A DNA stretch of 61,393 nucleotides, the filler included, from Choristocarpus tenellus KU-1152 (taxonomy: Eukaryota; Protista; Phaeophyceae): the NCBI GenBank assembly GCA_964200185.2. It is 5 parts of 5 records of this genome, joined end to end, with 100 filler letters (N's around TTAATTAATTAA, not from the genome) between each part and the next. Parts side by side here need not be neighbours in the genome. Positions count along the whole stretch, not along the records: positions 1 to 28,737 come from CAXNAD020000119.1; 4 more parts are not named here. The stretch is one strand, 5' to 3'. Below the pieces are notes generated by a model, which did not search any database, was not told the origin of the DNA, and was given only the letters and a program-made list of their open reading frames with translations. How positions within the stretch are numbered: position 1 is the stretch's first letter; every line of letters starts with the position of its first letter. The position numbers were made by a program, and so were the translations under genes. This document shows positions 16,089-28,837 of this stretch, piece after piece.

Positions 16089-19000
16089 ATGACTATGGAG
16101 GTCGAAGATATGCAGACTGTACCCCAGCAGATGATGCCAACCATGTTATGCTGCATGTGCTCCACTCCGATCGCACCCAATCCCACCAGTATGTGCGTTC
16201 AGTGCATCAGGACTCAGGTCGATATAACGGAGGGTGTGGCAACTAATCTGACTATTCATGAGTGCCGTGGTTGCAAACGCTATCTGCGCCCACCCTGGGT
16301 TGAAGCCAAACTCGAGTCGCGCGAGCTCATGGCCCTGTGTCTTCGCAAGGTGACGAAGGCTCTCCTGTTAATTCTCTGTCGTGCATTGGTCTATGTTTCA
16401 TTTTTTATGTTTTCAGTAAGGATGCTGTTGGCTGTTCCAAACCACAACCAGCGTTCGTACCAAGTACATTATGGTGTTTTTTTGTCCCCCTATTCTGGCT
16501 CTAGTGTTTATACCGAAACCACCCCCTGGTTTATTCATATGTGATAGTGTACACCTGTCAGGTAATAGGCCTCAAGAAGGTCAAACTGGTTGACGCCGCC
16601 TGGATCTGGACTGAGCCTCACTCGAGGCGCCTAAAGCTGAAATTGACGGTTCAGAAGGAGGTTGGAAACGGCGCGGTTCTTCAGCAGGTCATGGGTGTTA
16701 CCTTTGTTGTACGAAATCAGCAGTGCACGGACTGCGCGGCAGCCTTCACTGATAGTACATGGAAGGCTGTTGTTCAAGTGCGTCAGCGGGTAGACCACAA
16801 GCGAACCTTCTTTTACTTGGAGCAATTGATCCTCAAGCACAACGCACACTCACAGTGCACAAACATTCAGGTGCGTGTGTGTGTGTGCAGCTCACCTAGC
16901 TTTTTTATTTAATGCTATTTTGCTGTAGGCAATCAGTCTGTAATCTTGAAGGTCGTACTATAAATATATATATATTCTACTACTAGAGTTTCGTGGTGTA
17001 GAAGCTTGCATCCATCTAAAAAGGAAAGAACAGGTAGAGGTGATTTTGATGACATAGCCGTTGATGATGCCTCATACCCATTTGTGTCGATATTTTGGTC
17101 TTCTGTTGTTTCTTTGATTAAGTTCTTTTGTTGCCATCACTGGGACACCGGGCTCTGCATAGGCGTTGCCCCTTGAATCCGTGCATGCACGACCCAAAAT
17201 GGGTTGCTGCATGCGTTTGGCGAGGGGTGTCATCAGGTCCGAAGAACAAATATCCCCAAGGAGGGTAGCCAGTTTTATAACCCAACCTCGCCTCCATTTG
17301 CTACTTCAATGCCCAAGCGGAGATGTGTGTGGTATGACCTGTCGGCTGGTACACTAGCACGTTTCCACTCCTGTATGCAGTAGTTTTTTCTTTCTCGGTT
17401 GTGTAATGGTTGTAATAAGGTCTACATCCTTTTTTGCTTTTGAAGTTGTATAGTTTTGTTTTATTATTGTTCTCTCTATCTACACCCTGAGTCCTGGGAA
17501 ATGTACACAGGTTTGGATTGTGTCTCCTTGTTTTTGTTGACTCCTCCTGCCACAGTGCCATTTCGCATGCAGGAGTTGTTCCACTATGGTACATCCTTGA
17601 TCCCTTTTTCCCCTTGCACCCAAGTTCTTTTCTGACCACCATTTCACCTCCCCATTCCCACTTACCTCTCATTCTGTTTCCTTGTTTTCATCTTATCAAA
17701 ACAATGTACCAAAGACGTTCCGGGATGGTATGGACTTCTACTTCTCCGAGCGAAACCATGCCGCACGCTTCACAGACTTCTTGGAAGGCGTGGTCCCCTG
17801 TCGCACCAAGCACAGCAAGAAACTTGTCTCCGCAGATAACCACTCCAATGTATTCAACTTCCACTACACAAATCTGGTGACGCTGGTCCCGGTCTGCAAG
17901 GACGACTTGGTCCTTTTGCCACGTCGCCTTGCTGATAGTCTTGGCAACATCCCACGCCTTGTGATTGCTCAACGTATATCAAGTGCTGTAAATTTTGTGG
18001 ATCCGTTGACGGCACAAACAGCTGAGGTGACAGAGGAGAAGTACTGGAGGAGTGAGTTCCCTAGTCTCCTCAGCAGCACACGTCTCACAGTGTATGTGGT
18101 GCTGGGAACTGAGCCCTTGCCGGACAATCCACGACCTGGGATGCCTGCGCGACGACGGATCAGGAAGGCGAGGCTTGCGGAGGTGAGGTGTGGTGAGGAA
18201 GTTTTGGTGTGAAGTGTTTTTTTAATGAGGTAGTGATGTTTCTTTTTTTTGATGGGTCTCTCACTGAACGACAATATTGTTAAGGTGTATTGTAGGAAGG
18301 CGGGGTGTGTTGCGTGTGATAGAGTTATCGTTCAAACTTCTGCTATTGACCTTACACGTCTAGTTGACTCTGGGTCTGGAGGTAGTAGTGCAGCTTGCAG
18401 GTTTTCACGGGCAGCAAGTTGGGTCTGTCCTCTCCTGTCTTCATAATTGACAGCAATCGACCACCCTTTGCCCATACCAGTGGTTATCGTAGCACCTATT
18501 GCATTACAAATTACTCTCCATCCTGACCTGCTCTTTCCCCTTCCCCCCCCAACAATGTATGTGAAAGGTGGAGCTGGCACGTGATGATGACCTTGGAAAA
18601 AATGACATTCGGTTTACTGCAGTAACACACCTCGGACACCTCTTGCGCGCGGGGGACTCAGTTATGGGGTATGATATGTCGGCAGTAAACCTACCCAGTG
18701 GTGAGGGTGACAGCCTCTTGTCCAGCATGCCAGATGTGATCCTTGTTCGGAAGGTGTACCCACGAAATACCACCAGTGGAGACAACAATAGTGGTGATGG
18801 GGTAGGTACAGGGGGTGGGGAGAAGCGGCAGTGGAAACTGCGTGAGCTAGAGAAGGATGAAAGCGGAATGGGAGGGGGAGGGGCGTTTGCCGGAAGGGAA
18901 GAAGCGATGGTGGAGCAGGACTATGAGAGGTTCCTCCAACAGCTTGAAGGAGATAAAGAAATGCGTAGACAGGTTAATATCTACAAAGCTGGCCCGGTGG

Positions 19001-19257
19001 CGGTAAGAGGTAGAAGAGGAACGACAAGCGTTGGTACAGGAGAGGGTGGTGAAGGTCTTGGGGTCGGTGCAGAGGGAGATGGGATGGTTGATGGTGACGA
19101 GGCAGATGAGGAGGAAATCCGATTAGAGGAGCTCTTGGATGAGTTGACCCTGGACGATGCAGAGACTGGTCCTGATGAAGTGGTGATGGGGTCAGCACCG
19201 ACTCTTAACATTGAGGCGCTAGAGTTGGAAGCAGTGCAGGATAAAGTGCTTGAATGA
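16089..19257 (+). CDS. NMD3: 60S ribosomal export adaptor NMD3, 4 exons, ~575 aa
   Basis: Exons 16089-16349, 16562-16870, 17715-18182, 18568-19257 (1728 nt). Zn motifs CCMC..CVQC and CRGC, ESRELMALCL, WIWTEPHSRRLK, WKAVVQVRQRVDHKRTFFYLEQLILKH, DYERFLQQLEGD, and a C-terminal NES-like LEELLDELTL. Confidence 0.96.
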
Positions 19258-22200
19258 AGAATTGATTGTGTTTTTCAATCATAGAGGCCTTTTATTCTGG
19301 TGCCGACTTTTAGGGGGAGAGGGTGGTGTGGTGCCCACTCTTCTTTCCAGCAGCAGCGGTGGTGTTTGTGGGGAGATTGATGGTGGTGCTCCTGAGGACC
19401 TGAAGGTCGTCTGTGCTAATAGTTTTGATGCTCTTGCTGTGGTGTGTTGCGCACTTTCTGGAAAGTCAACAGGTGCATGCAGTACCTACGTGTGTCTTGG
19501 CGCAGAGTTTGATGTGTATAGGTGGGCGTTTGCTATTTTTTTATCTTTGTCAGGCGTTGGGTAGACAAGAGTGTTGTGTGTTTTGAGCTGAAAGTGTCAA
19601 AGCTCAGCATCTAGGTTTAGTAAATTTGGTGCGGTCAAGAAGGACTGCGTGTGTGTTTGTGTGTGCCACAGTTATGAAATGTGTATATAGAGAGATTTAA
19701 CAAGACCCTAATCCTTCCAAGTACATTTTTATGGTCCTTAGTGCCATTGCCCCTGCTGAAACATTGTAGTTTGTGTGATGGCGTTCCACTGCCTGCCATG
19801 TCTGTGAGGATTTCTTGTGAAAAGATTTGTCATTTCACATTTAACATCCTATAGCCAATATACATGCTGATTATTTCTCATTTGGGGGGGAGGGTTTCAC
19901 AGGAAGTTGCTACCCTACTGGTGTTTAAATATGTTTATATTTATATAGTTGTGGTTTAGTTGGACAGGATAGCATAACTTCGCTAGAAATGTACCTGTTG
20001 AATTTGTTGTGTACCATCAGTGGTAAATACAATGTCGCACTGAGTTCCCAAAGTTTGATTTCTTGATTAACAGGAACCAGAAGTTTCCTGTACTCGACTG
20101 CTTAATTGAAATATAGGGTTGATATTTTTGTTGTTGCCCAGAACATAACCAATGTGCAAATTGTAAAAAACATTGCAGAGTCAAATTCAACTTCAACTGA
20201 TCTTTTCAAAATGTGATGCTCCAAACAATATGCATACTCACTAAAAAATTCTGGTTGAACAGTCCAATATTGATAGTTTCCTCAATCTTGTGTTGATCAG
20301 TCTCCTTGTGCACGTCATAGCGATATTGTGAAGGTAAAAAATGGAAGTGACTGGGGGCTCTAGGACGGGTATATTCAGGCATTCCTTAACATTGAACATT
20401 ACAACACCCAATTGGTAGACATTATAGGTAGGTGATACCTTCAGCCATCAAAATGGAATAAAGTGCTTCTAACATTCATTGTACATGTATTGTACTATTA
20501 ACAGTCCCTCTTGTATTTTAAGACACTAAAACGAACATATTATCTCATCTCTCTGTTGAATAGTCCATCCCCCGCCGTCATGATAATTGCTGGAGTCGAA
20601 CATGAAACATTTATTCTCTCGAGTAATAGTTTACCAGAAGTGGCCACATCAAAGGAAGCTTGCAGCCATTGCGGGCAGCACTTGACGTTTCCACAACAAT
20701 GGTACCTTAGAAGTCTGTGCAGAGTAATAATATACTCCTGTAGTTGTACAAGTTATTCCTCAGATATAAGTGGCCGGAAGAGCAAGGCATGATTGTCTTG
20801 AGCTAAGAGCACATCACACACGACATGCTCTGATCACATCTAGTGACTCTTCTGGAGGATAGTCACCGCCAATCAATACTACTGCGATCTGTGAGAAGAA
20901 CACCTTGCTACATAGTACTGGAATAATACAAACGTCTTACATGCTTCCAAGTACTCGAGAACTATCACATACATACAAATTAACCGTACTGCTCTGATTC
21001 ACTCCAATAATACAATCAAGTCTTTCTTTCGAGAGTGTGATATATGGAGCTTGCTCTTTTGAGTTTTTTTTGTACAAAGTTGGATGATAGTACGTCAAAC
21101 TGCAATGGAAATATTTGTCTCGTTTTCTCCACATGCTCTGAAAGCACCAACACAATTAATTATCTCTGCAGATGAAATATATTACTACTTCTAGTAGGGA
21201 GTGAGTGTGCCGCTTTCTAATAACGCTATCATGATATCTGTTTTCAAATCTGCTGCTCAAACTGTCAGCTTGTATCAACTGCTGGTGGAGCAAAATATGA
21301 ATTTATAGTTAGTTGTAGGGATGTGAAATATTTCTCTTCTACTTCTAGTACGAAAAGCTACTCTGCGTTCTTGAGGTGGGAGTGTTGAAGGACTTACTCC
21401 TACAGAATTGAATGCCCCTTATGTATATAATACAATAATATGTATTTATGTACTCTAATTGAACAATAAAGGCTACGGTGTTACATAGTACAAACTACTC
21501 TGGAGTACTTCCACATTGTACGTAAGATGTATGCCGCGTGATTTTAGTCATTTTTTGAAATGAAAGGGAACTCACCCCTTATCCAACCCCTGTATGTAGA
21601 TCATCATCACTACTTGCAGGTGACAAATGTGCCAACTTCGTAACTAACCTCAAAGCGTTCTTTTTGGTGTCTTCCTTGCTCTTTCTAGAAAGGTGACCAA
21701 CCGATCCATTCAACTTCCTTAGCCCTTCTTGTACGTCGGATTATTTTTTGCTGGGACGTCACTGTGTTATCGTTGAGTAATTTTATACCTAGTATTTACT
21801 ATATCAATTCGAGAAACAAAAGAAGAGCCTACGACCATGCCTCCTCCCACCCTCGAAGCACACGAGCAAGACAAGAGTACTCGATAAAAAAAAATTATGG
21901 CCTATTAGTATTGTATAACTATACACATTATTATCACACTTTTGGGGTCTGAGTTAAACGGACACGTGCTCAGAAAAGCAGTACAAAAAGGGAAGAGAAA
22001 GGTAACAAAGGAACAATAAATAGGTCCTCTCATCGAAATTAAAATACAAGCGCAAGAATAGAGACTAGAAATGATAAGAAAATCAAGAACGAAAACAAAA
22101 TACTCAAGGTATGTCAAGGACAAGGGTCCATACCAAAAGAAGCCCTTATTGGTAGCATACAGATGACTCTGTAACAAAACTACCATACACGTTCCCCGGG

Positions 22201-25200
22201 TACAAAGGCCTACCAAGAAACATCCATCCTTCATCAGAGAATCTTCCAAGCATGGTGTAGTGCTACACAAAGGATGAAGAAAAGATATGAAATGAGGGGA
22301 AGAAAAAAAAGCTCTGAGGATACCTACCATCTAAAGCTGCAACAGCAATGAGTCGTTCTAACTGTGGGATATGCAGACCTTGGTAATTTTTTGGAGTTGT
22401 TTGACTTCCTTAACCCCTGTGCCGTACACCCTATTTCAAGCACAATAGAAGCCGCTAAAAACGACTGTGTTACTTCAGAAGAGGGACTGACAAAATAAAT
22501 TCCCACAATCGAACAACGAACCATTTCAAAATGTACAAAAATAAATGTTTTCTGGCCATATCTAGGGAACCTTACAATGCAACTCTGTATACCTCTCGGT
22601 TAGTATGATTCAAAAATAGTAATATTTCTTGGGGCTGAATCACATATTGAGTGCCTCAATACCTCAACACACCCCCATCCCTGGACATCCCATTCAAATC
22701 TATGGTTGTCTACACTATTGACTTGCCCCTGCCTCTACACAACGTTTTGGACACAATTACATTTATATACGTGCGCAGTAGATGACATCCCAACTCTCAT
22801 GGCCACTACAGCCTGATCAATCTTGTGTCACTGCTAATTTTTTAATATATATATTTGTGCTGGTGTTGCTATATTTATTTCTTCATAATTTATTAACTGA
22901 TACCTGTGCAATTTATGTTTGTTCCACACTCTTCACCTTCGAAACTTCCTAACATCAACAAGCACCCCCCCTCCACCCCCCCCATCCCTCCCCCACCCCC
23001 TCCCCCTCCCCCTATCTCTCAATGTCCCCCTACTCTGACATAATTCCATAATCTCTGTCTGATGATATACTATATATCCTTGTGCGATTTTTTATTATAC
23101 ACATTTTCAATTTATATTCTGTTTACGACCATCCTCTCCCTTCCCCCTCGACCTTTCTTCCCGTGACCTTCCACTCCATCCATGCCTGTCAGTGTCTACA
23201 TAGTTGTCCCACCTCTGCCTTCACCCTTTCTTGTGGACGTACATTGGCGTGCTTGCTCAGCAGATGCGCCCTTCAACTTCATCAACCACTACAGGCTATG
23301 TGGCCTTTCAAGAATTGATCCCTGTAAAAAAAATTAAATCACATCAGCCGTTGGACTAAATCATCCATATTCTCATTGTCTGGTAAGAGGCCCTGGTACT
23401 TATGTTGATGCTACTCAATAATCTTCGTTGCAAGTTTTTCGGCTCAATTTTAAACTAAGTAATCAATGGATACCACTCACACACCTTCACAACCCACTCC
23501 AAGCCCACCCTATGCTGACGATGCCTGAAATTCTCTGGCTGGTGTTATGGCGTGTATAATGTCTCCAGGAAATCTTACTGATTCTCTCATCAAATGTCTT
23601 TTTCTGAGAACACTAATCGTGCCTCCCTCAACCCAAAGCATTATGAGGTTAGGGACGTGTCCGTTTGGGGTCATCAATCCAAGGTTGCGATTTTGATAAA
23701 TTTTGAATGTGGTGCTTTTTAGCAAGTATCAATGTCCTTGCTCCAGACACAACTTTCATAGTCGTACATATTTTAGGTAACTGTGTCCATACAGAACACC
23801 GAACAAGGGCAAAAAAAAAACGTGGAGTCAAGTCCCGAACGGACAAACAGTGCAAAACTCCTACCCTCTTTAAATGCTTTGACTCCTCCCTTCCCTACGT
23901 ACTCTCCTTTCTTTCGACCGAAAGCTCCATCTAGTTCTGTGATTATCTGTGCTGTCATCCGACCTTTGCCACAGTCCTTTCTCGTGTTCAAATCGTCTTC
24001 ACCATGCCTCTTTAGCAGATGCTGCCTCCAATTTGATCTAACTCTACAATCTTCATTACACTTTTACAAGTGGAGTATCTTTTTTTGTGGTTATGTAGTT
24101 TCAAAGATGTTTGAAATTATTTTTAAACTACTTCGTATCTATATACTTTATATGTTTCCACAGCAAGAAAATAGAGGTATTCCTAATAAAGGCGAAATGC
24201 CAAAATATGCTCAAGCTAACATCCTTTTTGTGTATGTACTTGTCCACACACACAAGACAAAGTAGAATTTTGTAGGCGCGTGCAAACGGTGTTGATGACA
24301 CAAGAAAGACTCAACAATTTGTAAAAGAAAAACATATGTAGTATAATAGCGAGAATCGATGTGACTGATACTACTTGGAGTCACTAATCATTCTAGAAAA
24401 TAAAGCAATTATCCAACCATCTCACCTACTTCCATCAACACATTCGCCAAAACACCCCCCCTAGATAACCGTAAACTTAATCAATAACTGTACCTATGGT
24501 CGACACACCTCTGGCTTTACCTTTTCCTTACGAGCGCATGCACATCAATGCGAGCATGCTCCAAACCAAGAGAGGGGATCGACTCGTTGGTCTGTAGAGC
24601 AAAAAGGACATTGACCTCTCGATTTCAATGGTGTAGGTGGTATGCTTTCATATTTTCTCCCTTCTACTGGGAATCTACATACTAGATTGAGTGACAGCCA
24701 CCCCAAATTCTTCCCTCCCCTCTTCTCTCCATTCACCTATCAACCAATACATCACACCAGATCATACTACGCTTCATCAACAAGTCTCCGCATGGTCCAC
24801 CTACCTCTGTCTTCAAACTGCTACCTTCATGACCAACTAAAAATATTGTGCGTATACTACCTCCCAGGGCCCAACACGGGATTGCTTCATCAGTCAGGAT
24901 AATAGAAAAATGAATATTCTGATTTTCAATTCCCAAATTCGAGGATCATATATCTAAGAGAAATGACTAAGAAAAGTCATAAGAGATTAGGGTCTTGTTT
25001 TAGTAAGGAGACTCTTTGACCATTTTTCCAGATAATGATACGCGTATCCTGTAAGAGTTTAGGGGAAAGCAATGCAAATAAACTAACTTCAAATAAGGAA
25101 TTCACAAACGTTGATAATGCATGCGGTGTTGGTACCAAAAAAATCCATCTATGATTCAAAGCAAACAAAATAAACTCAAATCAACATCGAAGTACATCAC

Positions 25201-26893
25201 CTCAGTGCAACCAGTCAACGATGACTTATCCTAGATATAAAAATATTAAAGAAAAAAACAGTACATCTACAAACCACAACAGCTTCCCTCCGGCTGGCAA
25301 CCAAAGGTCAGCTCCATGGCATACTCGTTGATGGTGTGTTATGGTGCCCCAGAGATACAAGTCACATGCGAGTGTTGCATGCCCAGGGCCCCTTCTCTTG
25401 CATCCTTGTGATCTCAACTGGTTCCCAAGAGAATCCTCAGCAGATGCCGCCCCCGAATCCGTCTACCACCGCTGCATACAGCCTACCGCCTTATCTTTGT
25501 GCCATTCACTCAAGAATCTTGCTGTCCCTCCCAGGGCTTGGCACATGATTGGCTGGTCAGTCTAACGTATGGTTGGTGCCACACTTTCGATTTTCCATTT
25601 CGTGAGTAAAGTTGTTAGTTGTAAGAATAGGGTAATGATGTTCACGGTGTGTTTCGTCTGATTATTTGAACATCAGAGTCTCTCAGTCTCTCAGTCTCTC
25701 AGTCTCTCAGTGTCTGAGTCCGAGTCTCAAGGGGTACATACGCCACTCGGATGGCTCGCGTGCGGTTGGCAACCCAAGGCTGGCTCCATGGCATACTTAT
25801 TGACGGTGCACTATGGTGTCCCGGAGATACAAGCCACGGGCGAAAATTTCATGCCCATGACCCCTTCTCTTGCATCCTTGCGATCTCAACTGGTTCCCAA
25901 GAGAGTCTTCAGTGGGGACACTGCCCCTGAATCCACCTACCACCACTATATACAGCCTGCCACCTTACCTTTGTGCCATTCACTCAAGAGTCTTGCTGTC
26001 CCTCCCTAGGCCTGGCACATGATTGGCTGGTCAGTCTAGTGTATGGTTGGTGCCGCACTTTCGATTTTCCATTTCGTGAAAGTTAATAGCTGTAAAAGCA
26101 GCAAGTGTATTGATGCCCACGGTGTGGTTCGTCTGATTATCTGAACATCAGAGTCTCTGAGTTTCTCAGTATCTGAGTCTGAGTCTCAAGCGTTGCATAT
26201 GCCGCTTGGATCGCTCGCGTGCGGTTGGCAACCCAAGGTCGGCTCCATGGCATACTTGTTGACGGTGCGCTATGGTGCCCCGGAGATACACGGCCCAGAC
26301 GAGTATTACATGCCCAGGGCCCTTTTCTTCCATCCTCGCGATCTCAGCTGGTTCCCAAGAGAGTGCTGCTCAGCAGACGTCACCCCTGAATCCATCTACC
26401 ACCACTACATACAGCCTGCCGCCTTACCTTTGTGCCATTGACTCAAGAGTCTTGCTGTCCCTCCCTGGGCTTAGCACATGATTGGCTGGTCAGTCTAGTG
26501 TATGGTTGTTGCGGCACATTCAATTTTCCATTTCGTGAGTGGAAGTTGTTAGCTGTAAGAGTAGCGAGTGTATTGATGTCCACAGTGTGGTTCGTCTGAT
26601 TATCTGAACATTAGAGTCTCTGAGTCTCTGAATCTCGAGGGGTACATATGCCACTCGGATGGCTCGTGTGCGGTTAACCTTGGCAACCCAAGGCCGGCTA
26701 CCTGACATACTTGTCGATGGTAGGCTATGGTGCCCCGGAGATACAAACCTCGAGCGAGCGTTGCATGCCCAGGGCCCCTTCTCTTGCATCGTTGCAATCT
26801 CAGCTAGTTCCCAAGGGAGTCCTCAGCAGACGCAGCCCCCGAATCCATCTACCACCGCTACATACAGCCTGCCGCCTTACCTTTGTGCCATTT

Positions 26894-27150
26894 GAGTCAA
26901 AGTGTCTTAGAGGGTAGAGCCGCGTCCATTTGGGACCAAAATTCAATGTTCCGATTTTGGTGTAATTTTGATTATCGCTTTTGTTATGAAGTGCCAATAT
27001 ACCTGTTCCGGAGACACCCTTTCATAACGTATACATTTTACCTATTCCGAAACATATCGAAGTAGGAAAATGTCATAAAACACCTGTGGGAAGCCAAGCC
27101 CCAAACGGACAAACAGGGAAAAATTCGTACCCTCTAAGATACTTCCACTC
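26894..27150 (+). mobile_element. MITE, 257 bp, Sola2-like non-autonomous DNA transposon (copy 1), inserted in the tandem array
   Basis: TIRs GAGTCAAAGTGTCTTAGAGGGTA / TACCCTCTAAGATACTTCCACTC. Flanks are ATTT / ATTC (4-bp TSD, one mismatch). The empty site gccattcactc is seen in other array units. Confidence 0.9.
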
Positions 27151-27683
27151 ATTCACTCAAGAAGAGTCTTGCTCCCTCCGTATTATGCCTGGCACATGAT
27201 TGGCTGGTCAGTCTAGTGTATGCTTGGTACGGAACTTTCGATTTTCCATTTCGTGAGTGGAAGTTGTTAGCTGTAAGAGTAGCGAGTGTATTGATGTTCA
27301 CGTTGTGGTTCGTCTGATTATCTGAACATCAGAGTCTCCAAGTCTCCGAGTCTCTCTGTTTCGGAGTCTCTGAGTCTGAAGGGGTACATACTCTGCTCGG
27401 ATCACTCGTGTGCGGTTGGCCGCCCAAGGCCGGATCCCTGACATACTTGTTGGCGGTGCACTATGATGCCCCGGAGATACACGCCACAGGCGAGTGTTGG
27501 ATGCCCATGGCCCCTTCTCTTGCATCCTTGCGATCCCAGCTGGTTTCCAAGAGAGTATTCAGTGGACACTGCCCCCGAATCCATCTACCACCGCTACATA
27601 CAGCCCGCCACCTTACCTTTGTGCCATTGACTCTAGAGTCTTGCTCTCCATCCCTATGCCTGGCACATGATTGGCTGGTCAGT

Positions 27684-27939
27684 GAGTGAAAGTATGTTAG
27701 AGGGTACGAGTTTTGCCCTGTTTGTCCATTTGGGGCTTGGCTTCTATCGGCGTTTCTTAAGACATTTTCCTAGTGCAAAATATTTCGAGTCAAAAAATGT
27801 ATACGTTATAAAAAGGTGTGTCCGGAGCAAGGATACTAACACTTCCTAACAAACGCAATAGCTAAATTACATCAAAATCGCAGCATTGGATTTTGGCCGC
27901 CAAATGGACGCAGCTCTACCCTCGAAGATACTTTGGCTC
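27684..27939 (-). mobile_element. Same MITE family (copy 2, 256 bp, opposite orientation), inserted in the tandem array
   Basis: Ends GAGTGAAAGTATGTTAGAGGGTA ... TACCCTCGAAGATACTTTGGCTC with a perfect CAGT TSD. The empty site ggtcagtctag is seen in other units. Confidence 0.92.
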
Positions 27940-28737
27940 CAGTCTAGTGTATGGTTGGTTCGGCACTTTCGATTTTCGATTTCGTAAGTGGAAGTTGTTA
28001 GCTGTAAGAGTAGCGAGTGTATTGATGTTCATGGTATAGTTCGTCTGATTATCTGAACATCAGAGTCTCTGAGTCTCTGAGTCTCTCCGTTTCGGAGTCT
28101 CTGAGTCTCAAGGGTTACATATGCCACTGGGATTGCTCGTGTGCGGTTGGCAACCCAAGGCCGGCTCCATGGCATACTTGTTGACGATGTACTGTGGTGC
28201 CCCGGAGATACAAGCCACAGGCGAGTGTTGCATGCCCAGGGCCCTTCTCTTGCATCCTTGCCATTTCAGCTGGTCCTCAAGAGAATCCTCAGCAGGCGCC
28301 ACCCCCAAATCCATCTACCACCACTACATACAGCCTACCGCCTTACCTTCTTTGTACCATTGACTCAAGAGACTTGATGTCCGTCCCTGGGCTTAGCACA
28401 TGATCGACTAGTCAGTCTAGTGTATGGTTGGTGCGGCACTTTCGATTTTCCTTTTCGTGAGTGGAAGTTGTTAGCTGTAAGAGCAGCGAGTGAAATGGTG
28501 TCCACGGTGTGGTTCGCCTGATTATCTGAACATTAGAGTCTCTGAGTCTCTGAGTCTCAAGGGCTACATATGCAGCTTAGATTGCACGCGTGGGGTTGGC
28601 CACCCAAGGCCGTCTTCCTGGCATACTTGTTGACGATGAGCTATGGTGCCCCGGAGATACAAGCCACAGGCGAGTGTTGCATGCCCAGGGCCCCTTCTCT
28701 TGCATCCTTACATTCTCAGCTGATTCCCAAGAGAATC

Positions 28738-28837
28738 NNNNNNNNNNNNNNNNNNNNNNNNNNNNNNNNNNNNNNNNNNNNTTAATTAATTAANNNNNNN
28801 NNNNNNNNNNNNNNNNNNNNNNNNNNNNNNNNNNNNN
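28738..28837. other. Artificial contig linker (44 N + TTAATTAATTAA + 44 N)
   Basis: Six-frame-stop spacer, identical at four places in the window. Confidence 0.97.

Larger units (their letters stand above)
25290..28737. repeat. Tandem array of ~457-474-bp units (~6.3 copies visible, truncated by contig end), each with an internal variable (GAGTCTCT)n tract
   Basis: The anchor gtctagtgtatgg recurs at 25560, 26034, 26493, 27211, 27942 and 28415. Periods are 474, 459, 457 and 471 (after removing MITE+TSD), and 473. Copies differ by substitutions and small indels. Confidence 0.95.

Noticed and set aside
17296-17308. ATTTGCTACT in NMD3 intron 2 recalls the U24/snR24 guide (from memory)
   Set aside because: No upstream box C, no D' or D box and no second guide, so probably chance.
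19600-25280. Genes or decayed TEs between NMD3 and the array (similarly 70-2890 and 41500-45500)
   Set aside because: Only short ORFs without recognisable motifs or a consistent exon chain.
26120-26160. Hammerhead ribozyme (retrozyme) in the array unit, minus-strand CTGATGT...CGAAC
   Set aside because: The core should be CUGANGA...GAAA with a stem II. Both halves mismatch and no stem II forms.
26271-26285. tRNA primer-binding site-like TGGTGCCCCG (TRIM/LTR tandem array)
   Set aside because: No TG...CA LTR boundary or polypurine tract could be placed, and a 10-nt match is weak.
25290-28737. CRISPR array or repeat-protein gene in the tandem array (ORFs such as MAYLLTVHYGVPEIQATG...)
   Set aside because: Units are ~465 bp with no unique spacers and no cas genes, in a eukaryotic context. 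The ORFs shift frame and stop differently in every copy.
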